A stretch of 64,000 nt of DNA. Origin: Eledone cirrhosa (lineage: Eukaryota). The notes under the pieces were generated by a model, which was not told where the DNA came from, ran no database searches, and saw nothing but the letters and a program-made list of their open reading frames with translations. Numbering within the stretch: the stretch's first letter is position 1; the number at the start of each line of letters is the position of its first letter. The position numbers were made by a program, and so were the translations under genes. The DNA lies in contig OZ024752.1 in the NCBI GenBank assembly GCA_964016885.1, positions 20,088,001 to 20,152,000 of the forward strand. Reading direction: 5' to 3'. Shown one piece after another: positions 39,191-52,820 of this stretch.

Positions 39191-40194
39191 TGCTCTCGCT
39201 GTATATCACTGACTCCCCCCCCCCTCCGCCCATCCCCCAGTTTAATTTGTTGTGAAACACATAGTTTTTGAAAAAATGCAGAACACATGCCTATATTTCA
39301 ATGGACAATCCTCACAACCCTAAATAAGATATTAAAGAAACAAGAACTGTTTTAGAAAGAGAATTTATATAAAAAGAAATTTATTTTTCTGTGTGGATCC
39401 AATTTAGAGTATTTTTTAAATCCTTCAGTCATGAATGGCCATAGGATTTCCACCTAGAAAGTTGCCCTCTGAGGTACTAGTCCGGGCAAGGTTGTTTGTG
39501 GAAAACCAGCAATCTCCCAATCATACCAGCTTCCCTGCTCCACATCACCGATGTTGTCTAAGGGAAAGGCAATGGCTGATACAACTTAGCACTAGTGACA
39601 TCGCAACTCATTTCTACAACTGAGTGAACTGGAGCAGCTTGAAATAAAGTATCTTGCTCAAGAACACAGCGCAAAGCCCAATCCAAGAATCGAACTCCCA
39701 ACCTTGCGATTGTAAACCCAACGCTCTAACCATTAAGCCATGCACCTTCACATACCAATTTAGAGTAGGTACACAGTATTTCTGTGGGTCTACATACTAA
39801 CCAGTCAACAGGATTCCAGGCTTCATTCACTTACTGAGTGGGGTGGAACTCATCAAATTGGACCAAAGAAACAATGTTTCCATTGGTCTTTCCATTGCTG
39901 ATACTATCTACCAGTCACAACTCCTGTAATAAAAGGCAACTGAAAGGGTGTCAGGAAGTGTATCTTGCTGTAAAATACTGCATTACAAAGGACTCCCTCA
40001 TTCATATGAAACCCATTATGGGGTTAGCAAGGTTAATCCCTGCTTTATCAACGAAAATGGCTTTAAAACACTTGTATAAATATTTTATTAAATTATATTA
40101 AAAGGTACTTTATTTTGCAGAAGCCCTGAACTTTTCATTGGTTTGTATGTATATATATTTATATATCTATATTATTTCAGCATTAAACAACAGA

Positions 40195-40374
40195 ATGGAT
40201 AAAAAGATTGCCAATACTATTCCAGCTGCAAATTTTGAGCCACAAATTGTAATAAAACTTCACAAAGATGTGAAACTTGAGGCTGTGAACTGGCTTATTG
40301 ATAAACTGCAAATGGATCGGAAATTTGGTGGTGGGAATCTGGTTGTAAAATCTGTCATCAATGAACAGAAAGAG
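40195..40374 (+). CDS. ANO10: Anoctamin-10 (TMEM16K)-like, first coding exon
   Basis: Acceptor TTATTTCAG ending 40180, ATG 40195, donor GAG|GTGAGT, phase 0. MDKKIANTIPAANFEPQIVIKLHKDVKLEAVNWLIDKLQMDRKFGGGNLVVKSVINEQKE resembles the ANO10 N-terminus (FTPLVVIEL..DVKEE...WL...GGAQL), recalled from memory. Confidence 0.82.
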
Positions 40375-40934
40375 GTGAGTGGAAATACTTCAGCATTACT
40401 TTAACCCAGTGGTTCCTAAAGTATCCCAGATACTCCTTTGTGGAAACCCAAGGTTTCCACAAAGGAGTATCTTTTAAACACCCTTTGATTGTCATTTGCA
40501 TTGTATTTCGGCTCTATATTACACTTGTTATTTTACATTGAGCTATTTTCATACTTGTAACTGGGTAATATTTATTATTACCCACCATATATATATATAT
40601 TTATATATAGTTATACTTATGTATGTATATACACACATACATTGCTTCTTACCTCTAAGTGTATATATGTACATACATATATATATGTATATATATATAT
40701 GATCCTCATTATCATCATCGTTTAACGTCCATCTTCCATGCTAACATGGGTAGTACAGGTTGACCCTTAGGGAGAGAATCAGGTCAGAGGACCGTGTTTA
40801 GCTCACTTGGGGCTAATTTTGGCTTGGTTTCTACAGCTGGATGCCCTTCCTAACGCCAACCACATTTACAGTGTATGCTGAGTGTTTTTTGTCGTGTTTC
40901 CTACATGACCACTTTACAGTGGGGACTGGGCATA

Positions 40935-40965
<31 letters not shown>

Positions 40966-41171
40966 CACGATAAATTAACGGAGCCATAGACCCTCGTTAT
41001 TCCCTACAAATTATGTGCTCAAAGGAAAAGGAGTTAATTTATATTTTTAATTATTGTGTGTCTTCCATAGGTTATAGATTCCATCCACTGGTGGCTCCCC
41101 TGTTTTATTGATGGCACACTCTCTCTCTCGCTAGTGTGTTACCCTTTCAACATATTGTATTTTATATATAT

Positions 41172-41518
41172 GGAGGCACAAGGCTTAGTGGTTAGAGCAT
41201 TGGCCTTGCAATCGAAAGGTTGTGAGTTCAATTCTCAGACCGGGTGATGTGTTGTTTCCTTGAGCAAGACACTTTATTTCACATTGCTCCAGTTTACTCA
41301 GCTGTAGAAATGAGATGATAGGGACTGGGGTCCATATCATTCCACTGTAAAGTGGTCGTAGAGGTGCCACAGAAAAAAAATACCCAGCACTCACTGTAAA
41401 TGAGGTTGGTGTTAGGAAGGGCATCCAGCTGTAGAAATCAAGCCAGAATCAGTTCCCGTCCCACCCTTGCAAGCAGGGAAAAAGCGGACGTAAAATGAAA
41501 TGATGATGATGATGATGA
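41172..41518 (+). mobile_element. CORE-type tRNA SINE with RTE-derived 3' tail
   Basis: A box GGCTTAGTGG, B box GAGTTCAATTC, CORE-like CCTTGAGCAAGACACTT...CTCAGCTGTAGAAATG, tail GTTAGGAAGGGCATCCAGC...(GAT)n. Confidence 0.85.
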
Positions 41519-43364
41519 TATATATATATGTATGTATATATGTATGTATGTATACATATACATTGCTTCTTACCTTTGAGTGTATATGTATATATGTGTG
41601 TGCGTGTGTGTATACACACGTGTTGGATCTCCATTGTTTTCTTACAACATATGTTCCAGTTGATTCAATCAATGGAACAGCCTGCTCATGAAATTAATGT
41701 GTAAGTCACTGAGCATTCCACATATGCATATACCTTTAACATAGTTCTCAGGGAGATTCAGCATAACTCAATGTGTGACAAAGCTGGCCTCTTGAATTAC
41801 AATCACATTGTAGTTTTGCCAGCTAAGTCTGACTGAAGCAATGCAAAATAATGTGTCTTGCTTAAGGACACAACACACTGCTTTCACATACATACACACA
41901 CATACATACACAGACATACATGCAGATACATACAAACACACACATACATGCACAGACACACATACACACACATACATACCCACACATACATGCACAGGCA
42001 TACATACACACACATACATACCCACATACATGTACAGACATACATACACACACATACACACCCACACATACATGCACAGCCATACACACACACACACAGT
42101 TACTGTACTGTACACCTGTATTTTTAACCCTTTCATTACCATATTTCTAATGAGATATACACTGTATTTTAATTAATTCATAACAAATTTAGAAAGATTA
42201 TTAATTATTTAATTATTAAAATGGTAATTTTAACATAACTTAACAAAAGCTTCTTATATAAAATTATTTATGGGAGATTTTTATTTAAATAAAATCTTTT
42301 AAAATTTCTGGATCTGTTTGATTGAAGTGTGTGGGGTGGTTGTTTTGTGTGGGTTGGTATGAAAAGCATTAAGTAAATGCTGACAAACAGCAAGATGGAT
42401 AAATGAAAATAGCTGAGCAGCCTTTGTTAATAACAACAAAGCAACTATTTGATCCTGAACTAGTCAGATTTATATCAGCATTTGTAAATTCTTAACATAT
42501 TAGAAGCAATGTAATAATTTAGGTGACAACCGACATCATAATTCAGCTGTAATTATTGTATCTAGACACTTTCATAAGCATTGTTGACTGACCTGGGAGT
42601 TGTTCTTTGTGTAAAAGGTGTTGTTAGTGTTAGTTGCAAGACAAGGTGGTAAACCAATAGATTATTTCTTCTGAAGAGAATCTAAAATAACTGTTTGGTT
42701 TGATTGTATGGCCTTCAGCAAGCCTTTGTAAATTTGTATCAAATAAGAATTTTCAAGGCTGCTATTATTATCAAACATCCACATGATTAAAAGTAGGTCA
42801 GGTGAGATTATAGAGATGAAAGAGTGGATATAAACTTAAGAAATGAGGTGGAGAGGAGCTTCAACCAGTCTCCTCTCAGGCAAAGAACACATTGTATAGA
42901 TTTGTCTTGGTGGAAAACAGCGAAGGATTATGTGGGGTGGGTAAAAAAATTAGATTGGTTTGCTTCTGTACAGCATGTATTGTCTACTTGGTTTTGATCA
43001 ACTTTTTACATGTACTATGGGAAGTTGTAATGGAAAATCATTTGCATATATATATATAATTAGTTACAACAGTGACATATACAGATACTTAAACTTTGTT
43101 GAGTTATACACCCCAACTCATTCAGTCTGTTATATAAACAAAGATGGCTACCCCCATAGACGTTTATCGAAAATATAAGAGGGGTTTCTAAGGGCAGGTA
43201 ATCCTAAATTAAGCTATAAATATATATAGTATAAAAAAAAGTTTCTTATAATTAACATGTATGTACTACCATTGGTTTCAGGGTCCAGTTATGGACTGTA
43301 TATTGGAGGAGGCACTTTTAAACTGGCCCTTCATTCAGGCACATGGACAAATATATGATATATA

Positions 43365-43863
<499 letters not shown>

Positions 43864-44153
43864 CAAATAACGAAACAAAATTAAATTTCGTTTCGTTTGT
43901 AACTCACTTTTGTATGACTGACGCTTAAACAATTAAGTTAAAGATGTACATCCATATATGTATACTGAAATACTAGTATGTATATGAATACACACACGTA
44001 TACATATGTAGATGTACCAAGTTTTTTTCACTGGTCACTTTACTGTGAGTGGCCAGCTATTCTGTATGTAAACACACAGACAAACCGGTTTTTAGAGTCA
44101 TACTGGTTTTTGAGGAAACACCTTTCCTCTATTCTCCAGAAAGCCAGACAAGG

Positions 44154-44198
44154 AATATTGAACTAGTTTCGTTGTTGTTACAACTCATCAGCAATATT
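44154..44198 (-). ncRNA. Type I hammerhead ribozyme (mirror copy)
   Basis: Exact reverse complement of 44494-44538. Confidence 0.85.
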
Positions 44199-44493
44199 TA
44201 CCTATCTTCCGGCCTCTCTAGAGAATCGTAAAAGCACATATCGTTATATGCTTTTTCTATGAAAATTAGTAGTGGGCAGACTTTAACTTAATTGTTTAAG
44301 CCTCAGTCATACAAAAGTGAGTTACAAACGAAACGAAATTTAATTTCGTTTCGTTATTTGTTTTTATCATCTCCGTTGAACCGGTACTTACTCACACTCT
44401 ATGCAAATTAGTCTGCCCACTACTAATTTTCATAGAAAAAGCATATAACGATATGTGCTTTTACGATTCTCTAGAGAGGCCGGAAGATAGGTA

Positions 44494-44538
44494 AATATTG
44501 CTGATGAGTTGTAACAACAACGAAACTAGTTCAATATT
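44494..44538 (+). ncRNA. Type I hammerhead ribozyme
   Basis: AAUAUUG-CUGAUGA-GUUGU aaca ACAAC-GAA-ACUAGU(palindrome)-U-CAAUAUU; 7-bp helix I; predicted cleavage after 44531. Confidence 0.87.
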
Positions 44539-44761
44539 CCTTGTCTGGCTTTCTGGAGAATAGAGGAAAGGTGTTTCCTCAAAAACCAGTATGACTCTAA
44601 AAACCGGTTTGTCTGTGTGTTTACATACAGAATAGCTGGCCACTCACAGTAAAGTGACCAGTGAAAAAAACTTGGTACATCTACATATGTATACGTGTGT
44701 GTATTCATATACATACTAGTATTTCAGTATACATATATGGATGTACATCTTTAACTTAATT

Positions 44762-44823
<62 letters not shown>

Positions 44824-44916
44824 ATATATATATATATATACCATGCAAGCGTGGAACACGGACGTTAAACGTTGATGATGATGATGATGATATATATATT
44901 ATATATATATTATATA

Positions 44917-44959
<43 letters not shown>

Positions 44960-44984
44960 ATATATTATATATATATTATATATA

Positions 44985-45752
44985 TCATCATCATCATCGT
45001 TGTTTAACGTCCATGTTCCACGCTTGTATGGGTTTGGACAGGAGTTTTCCCACTTGAAGCAAGAGTGGTTGTCTTGCTCGCATAGGACTGTCTGGCGGGT
45101 TTTCTACAGCTGGATGCCCTTCCTAACACCAACTATATTTAAAGTGTGGGACTGGGAGGTTTTTACCGGGTTGCCTACACGGCCACATTACAGCGTGGAC
45201 TGTGTGTTTTTTTGTCGTGACACCTACACGATCTCATTTGTTTCGGCCTGGATGTTGTGGCACCAACGTAACTTTACATTGAAAGGGGCGATGTGGATGG
45301 GGTGGGGGTGGTGTGACGGGGGCGTATTTTGTTAGAGATGCCTACTGGCTGTAGTAGGTTTACTTTGTATTTAGGCAAGGCAGGTCTTCTCTATTACTGA
45401 GTACCGCCAAAGATCTCGGTCCAGTGACATTGTCTTGGAGAGGTGTAAGTGTGTGAGGTCGGAATTTATCAGGTCGTCCCAGGTTTTTCTGGGTCTGCCT
45501 ACTCCGTGGCTACCGTCTATCTTTATTGCCCTGCACTTTTTTATACAGCTGTCGTCTTTCATGCGCATCACGTGACCATACCAACGTAGCCTTCTCTCGA
45601 GTAAACAACATCTGATCCCTCTTATTTCTAATTTTTCCCTTAGTTCGTTTATGCTTTGCCGTTCACGTATATTACTATTACACATCCAGCGGAGCATGCA
45701 AGCTTCGTTCCTCTCTAGTCTGCGTATATCCTCTGCACACAATGCCCAGGTC
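44985..45752 (-). mobile_element. 5'-truncated RTE LINE
   Basis: RT C-terminus (TWAL...RRLRWYGHVMRM...GRPRKTW), 3' UTR and (GAT)n tail. Confidence 0.92.
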
Positions 45753-45811
45753 AATATATATTATATATATATTATATATATATATATTATATATATATAT
45801 TATATATATAT

Positions 45812-45842
<31 letters not shown>

Positions 45843-45846
45843 CATA

Positions 45847-46920
45847 GATTTTATATGTGGCCGGTGCTCTGGTGCAATAAGTAGCAGCAAATGCCCACAG
45901 AATACTAGCTCATTCCATTGCACAGATGGTTCTATAGAAATAGTGGACAGCTTCCGTTACCTGGGTGACAAAATCAACAGTGGGGGAGGGTGCTCTGAAA
46001 GTACAGTAGCTAGAGTCAGAACTGGATGGAAAAAGTTCAGAGAGCTTATACCACTATTAGCCGCTAAAGGGTTCTCCCTAAAAATGAAAGGCAGGTTGTA
46101 TGATGCCTGCATACGAACAGCAATGTTGCATGGCAGTGAGACCTGGGCATTGTATGCTGAGGATATACGCAGACTGGAGAGGAACGAAGCTTGCATGCTC
46201 CGCTGGATGTGTAATAGTAATATACGTGAATGGCAAAGCATAAACGAACTAAGGGAAAAATTAGAAATAAGAGGGATCAGATGTTGTTTACTCGAGAGAA
46301 GGCTACGTTGGTATGGTCACGTGATGCGCATGAAAGACGACAGCTGTATAAAAAAGTGCAGGACAATAAAAATAGACGGTAGCCACGGAGTAGGCAGACC
46401 CAGAAAACCTGGGACGGCTTGATAAATTCCGACCTCACACACTTACACCTCTCCAAGACAATGACACTGGACCGAGAGCTTTGGCGCTACACAGTAATAG
46501 AGAAGACCCGCCTTACCTAAGTACAAAGTGAAACCTACTACAGTCAGTAGGCACCTCTAACAAAATACACCCCCCGTCCCACTACCCCCACCCCATCCAC
46601 ACCACCCCTTTCAATGTAAAGTTATGTTGGTACCACAACATTCAGCCCGAAACAAATGAGGTCGTGTAGGTGTCATGACAAAAAAACACACAGTCCACGC
46701 TGTAATGTGGCCGTGTAGGCAACACGGTAAAAACCTCCCAGTTCCACACTGTAAATGTGGTTGGTGTTAGGAAGGGCATCCAGCCGTAGAAAACCCGCCA
46801 GACAGTCCTATGCGAGCAAGATAACCACTCTTGCCTCAGGTGGGAAAACTCCCGTCCAAACCCATGCAAGCGTGGAATATGGACGTTAAACGATGATGAT
46901 GATGATGATGATGATGATGA
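45847..46920 (+). mobile_element. 5'-truncated RTE LINE
   Basis: VDSFRYLGD...MLHGSETWAL...WYGHVMR, frameshift near 46410, 3' UTR and (GAT)n tail. Confidence 0.93.
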
Positions 46921-47011
46921 TATATTACATATATATATTATATATATATATTATATATATATATATTATATATATATATATATTATATATATATATTATA
47001 TATATATATAT

Positions 47012-47043
<32 letters not shown>

Positions 47044-47064
47044 ATTATATATATATATATATAT

Positions 47065-47096
<32 letters not shown>

Positions 47097-47512
47097 ATAT
47101 ATTATATATATATATATATTATATATATATATAATATATATATATTATATATATATATAATATATATATTTATATTATATATAATGGAAAAATTTGAACA
47201 GAGAGGCAGTACAACGAATGTTTATTAATTTCACGCTCTGGAGAGTGGGGTTTTGGTGGGGGACGACGTTTCGGGCATAAGCCCTTCCTCAAGTGAGAAG
47301 TGTGTGGGAACAGAGTTCAAAGGGTGTGTAGGGGAGTGGTGGAGTGACATATAGCGAAAGGAAACGGTGCGAATGAAAAAAATAAAAATAAAATTAAAAA
47401 TAAAGCATGATCAAAATACAAGGAATGAAATAAATTTAAATATAAAAGCATGATCAAAATAAATATATATATTATATATATATTATATATATATATAATA
47501 TATATATATTAT

Positions 47513-47557
<45 letters not shown>

Positions 47558-47578
47558 TACATATATATAGATATAGAT

Positions 47579-48020
47579 ATAGAAAAGAAATAAGATTTCG
47601 CTTCAAGCATAGCTTTATACAATATGTATAGAAATTTTGTATTCCCTTGCTTCTGCTGAACACCATCAGGTGACGTTAGCCCCGGTATTTGCATAAATAC
47701 GGCTTCCTAAAACCGTATTTCTTTAGAAATACGAAATTTCTATACATATTGTATAAAGCTATGCTTGAAGCAAATTCTTATTTCTTTTCTATTATAAGTT
47801 GAGCCAATTTATGCAGCTTCATATGCAAATGAGATTAATCACCTCATTTACATAGACGAGAAAAGTATATATTCTCGCCTGTCTTCTGTCCAGCAGTCGC
47901 AAGCGGTGGGAGGGACCGTCCTGACGAAGGCCAGTTAAGCCTGAAATGCATAGACGGTTGTCCCCCTTGCTATGGCTGCCTAAAACCGTATTTCTTTAGA
48001 AATACGAAATTTCTATACAT
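47579..48020 (+). mobile_element. Hammerhead-bearing element, 273-bp monomer
   Basis: Direct repeats 47701-47747 and 47974-48020; 65-bp inverted arms 47579-47643 and 47728-47792. Confidence 0.8.
47914..47959 (+). ncRNA. Type I hammerhead ribozyme
   Basis: GACCGUC-CUGACGA-AGGC caguuaa GCCU-GAA-AUGCAU(palindrome)-A-GACGGUU; predicted cleavage after 47952. Confidence 0.88.
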
Positions 48021-48265
48021 CATCATCATCATCGTTTAACGTCCATCTTCCATGCTTGCATGGGTTTGGACAGGAGTTTTCCCACTTGAGGCAAGATTGG
48101 TTGTCTTGCTCGTATAGGACTGTCTGGCAGGTTTTCTACGGCTGGATGCCCTTCCTAACACCAACCACGTTTACAGTGTGGACTGGGAGGTTTTTACCAT
48201 GTTACCTACACGGTCACATTACAGCGTGGACTGTGTGTTTTTTTTCGTGACACTTACACGACCTC
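48021..48265 (-). mobile_element. RTE LINE 3' UTR fragment (short + strand tails also at ~44841-44890 and 48893-48948)
   Basis: Matches 44985-45240. Confidence 0.85.
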
Positions 48266-48544
48266 ATACAAAATATATATACATATATGTATATATACAA
48301 AAACAAACACTACAGATTGCCTCGCCTCAGAAAGAATTTCTATAGACTTTTGACTGAGGAATGTTCTCACAACTGACCAATGGGAGGAGAAGGTGTCCTT
48401 TGACGCGGAAATTCGTTTGTTCGAATTCATATGATTCCAGTTCCTCAGAGCGATAACAACCCAACCAGGAACTGGGCATATCAGAGTATTGTCAAAGTTA
48501 AACACCTCAACAACATGTGTACTCGATCTACCACACCAATTTGG

Positions 48545-48599
48545 ACTGCCTGAAGAGGTCACAGCCAAAGATGGCTGTCACCGAAATATATATAACAGT
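48545..48599 (+). ncRNA. Type I hammerhead ribozyme, one helix I mismatch
   Basis: ACUGc-CUGAAGA-GGUcACAGCCA aaga UGGCUGUcACC-GAA-AUAUAUAU-A-aCAGU, followed by AATAAA. Confidence 0.8.
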
Positions 48600-48737
48600 A
48601 ATAAACGAAGCCAAATTTTAAATATTTGACTTATTTATTTTATTTTACATTACTCCGGAGTAACCAAACCAACCTGCGCACTTCGTCGAGTGTTCCAATC
48701 TGCATACTGAGGTGTCGGTGAACAACCAACATATACT

Positions 48738-48824
<87 letters not shown>

Positions 48825-48997
48825 TACAAATATTAATAAAATAGATGTTATTTTGATCAATTACATTTTATTATACATATTTCGGAGGTACAAACCCATG
48901 CAAGCGTGGAACACGGACGTTAAACGTTGATGATGATGATGATGATGATACATATATATGTACACACATATATATATATGTGTACACACACACACAT

Positions 48998-49065
<68 letters not shown>

Positions 49066-49070
<5 letters not shown>

Positions 49071-49578
49071 TATATGTATAGTATATTTGGCAATATACTG
49101 TATGGTTAATTAAAAACATTTTTTAATTAAGCATGCTGAATGCTTAATTAAAAATATTTTTTTAATTAAAAAATGTTTTTAATTAAGCATATAGTATATT
49201 GCCAAATATACTATACATATATTCATGTATACATCGCTATTTCAGAGCACCAATTCTAATTTTCAATTTTTGCTGGACCAGCAATCGCTCTGTATAATCA
49301 GTTCCTGGTTATTACTGGAATTCTATAAGAATCCAGCCTCTATAATGTTCAACAAAGGTCGGCGAGTGCTAAGCTCTGATGATCACCAACAGTGTGAAAC
49401 AGATCTGTCAGCTTATCTCCCTTTGTTTGTTGAAAAAAGAAATAAGTGACATAGTCACTACTTTAAAATAATAGCGCAAGGTCTTCAAAATGTTTTTAAC
49501 TAAGCATACAGTCTATTGCCAAATATACTATACATATATTCATGTATACATCGCTATTTCAGAGCACCAATCCTAATT
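49066..49578 (+). mobile_element. Hammerhead-bearing element, 317-bp monomer
   Basis: Direct repeats 49170-49261 and 49487-49578; 65-bp inverted arms 49066-49130 and 49162-49226; (TA)n flanks. Confidence 0.8.
49370..49415 (+). ncRNA. Type I hammerhead ribozyme
   Basis: UAAGCU-CUGAUGA-uCAC caaca GUGu-GAA-ACAGAUCUGU(palindrome)-C-AGCUUA; GUC triplet, predicted cleavage after 49409. Confidence 0.88.
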
Positions 49579-49585
49579 ATATATA

Positions 49586-50419
<834 letters not shown>

Positions 50420-50700
50420 TGAGGTTGGTAATGGCACATGGAATATATAAGAGACAGAACACCCTTCAATCTCATCTGAGGACAGTTTTGGAACCTGAAA
50501 CGAAGAAAATGTGTCCATGAATATATATATATATATATATATTAAAATAACAGATTAAAGTTTAAGCAAAGAATCGCTGCTTTCACTCTTAATGGGATCC
50601 TCAGATGAGATTGAAGGGTGTTCTGTCTCTTATATATTCCATGTGCCATTACCAACCTTAATTTTCTCTATAACCTTCGTTTTGTGTAGAAAATTACACT

Positions 50701-50905
<205 letters not shown>

Positions 50906-51408
50906 TGAGTTGTAAGAGAATTGGATTCCCAATCGTGGGGTTGTGAGTTCAATTCCTGGACCGTGCGATGCGTTATGTCCTTCAGCAAGACATTTTATTT
51001 TATGTTGCTCCTTCTACCTGGAGTTAGGACCGATAGATAGTATAAGCAATTGGAAAAAACCAATGGAAACATTGTTTCCTCGGTCCGATTTGACTTAAGT
51101 TGATCGACTGTTGATATATATATATACACACACATATATATACATATATATATACATACTTGCGCATACATATACACATATACATTCACATACAGACACA
51201 CACTGACCCCATGAAGCCTCTCGATAACAATACTATAGGAATAAGAATAAGTTAGCTGGGAACTATATATTATTGAGTCTCACCTTTATTTGTTAAGTGT
51301 TGTGTTCTGTTTGCATAACATTCTTTTAACTGTGGGTACAATTTCTTTTTGTTCTCACTCTGTTCATACACACAAACACACACATATATATGTGTGTATG
51401 TATAAATA

Positions 51409-51456
<48 letters not shown>

Positions 51457-51961
51457 CATGCATATATATATATTTATATATATGTATATATACATGTGTA
51501 TATATATACATGCATGTGTATATATATATCTATGTATACATGCATGTGTATACATATATTTATACATGCATGTGTATATATATAACATTAACATATCATG
51601 CTTCTGATATTCTCAGACATGTCATCTTTAATCTAATTTTGGTAGTATACACACACACACACACATACATGCATGTATATATGTACATGCTTGTGTATAT
51701 ATATTTAAATGTGTGTGTGTATACATGTGTGTATCATTATCATCAGTGTTTTTACGTCAGTTTTTCATACTGAGTAAATTCACCTTCTATAGAGAAGAGG
51801 TTAATAAAGTTGACCCTTTCATCTTCTACTTCACACATTCTGAATATCCCCCACCCTTGTTCTCATGCACCTGTAGATTAATGTATTCTCCTTCCTCTCG
51901 GGTAGGATGGGTCAACATTTCAATAGCTGTTTACAATAAAATGAAATGATGGAAACATAAT

Positions 51962-52148
51962 TGTTTCTACTTTAGGCACAAGGCCAGCAACTACCCAGTG
52001 CATTACTGGTACTTTATTTTATCGACCCCGTAAGGATGAAAGGCAAAGTTAACCTCGGCGGGATTTGAACTCAGAATGGCAAGGGACGTAACTCTATACG
52101 TCAAAGCATGGCGTCCGACCCTCTACCAATACTGCCAACCCACCGCCT
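51962..52148 (-). mobile_element. Meta-like tRNA SINE (further copies or fragments at ~53590-53762, 54400-54503, 54585-54798)
   Basis: Reverse family match. Confidence 0.86.
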
Positions 52149-52249
52149 TGAAATGTTTAAATAACTATTTAATGTCTCAATGTTGAGCCTCAAACATCAT
52201 GCGCAAAGCTCAAACTTTCAAACTTAGAAAGTGCTGAGAAAATATAAGC

Positions 52250-52523
52250 TTCTACTTCTTCTTCGTCGTCGTCGTCTTCTACTTCTTCTTCGTCGTCGTC
52301 GTCTTCGTCTTCTTCGTCGTCGTCTTCTTCTTCGTCGTCGTCGTCGTCGTCGTCTTCGTCGTCGTCGTCGTCGTCGTCGTCTTCGTCGTCGTCGTCGTCG
52401 TCTTCTTCGTCGTCGTCTTCGTCTTCGTCGTCGTCGTCTTCTTCTTCGTCGTCGTCGTCTTCGTCGTCGTCGTCTTCTTCGTCTTCTTCTTCTTCGTCGT
52501 CGTCGTCGTCTTCATCGTCTTCT

Positions 52524-52555
<32 letters not shown>

Positions 52556-52569
52556 GCCGTCTTCTTCGT

Positions 52570-52606
<37 letters not shown>

Positions 52607-52608
52607 GC

Positions 52609-52639
<31 letters not shown>

Positions 52640-52820
52640 GCCGTCTTCTTCTTCTTCGTCTTCGTCTTCGTCGTCGTCGTAGTCGTCTTCTTCTTCGTCG
52701 CCGCCGCCGCCGTCGTCGTCTTCTTCTTCTTCGTCTTCTTCTTCTTCTTCGTCGTCGTCGCCGTCGCCGTCGCCGTCGTCGTCGTCCTCGTCGTCGTCCT
52801 CGTCGTCGTCGTCTTCTTCT
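52250..52820. repeat. (TCG/TCT/CCG)n trinucleotide tract
   Basis: Direct reading. Confidence 0.92.

Noticed and set aside
41172-41240. tRNA gene
   Set aside because: The A/B boxes belong to a SINE head that runs into CORE and LINE tail sequence; no complete cloverleaf
43978-44714. Duplicated 60-62-aa ORFs on opposite strands
   Set aside because: By-product of the inverted repeat; no coding signature
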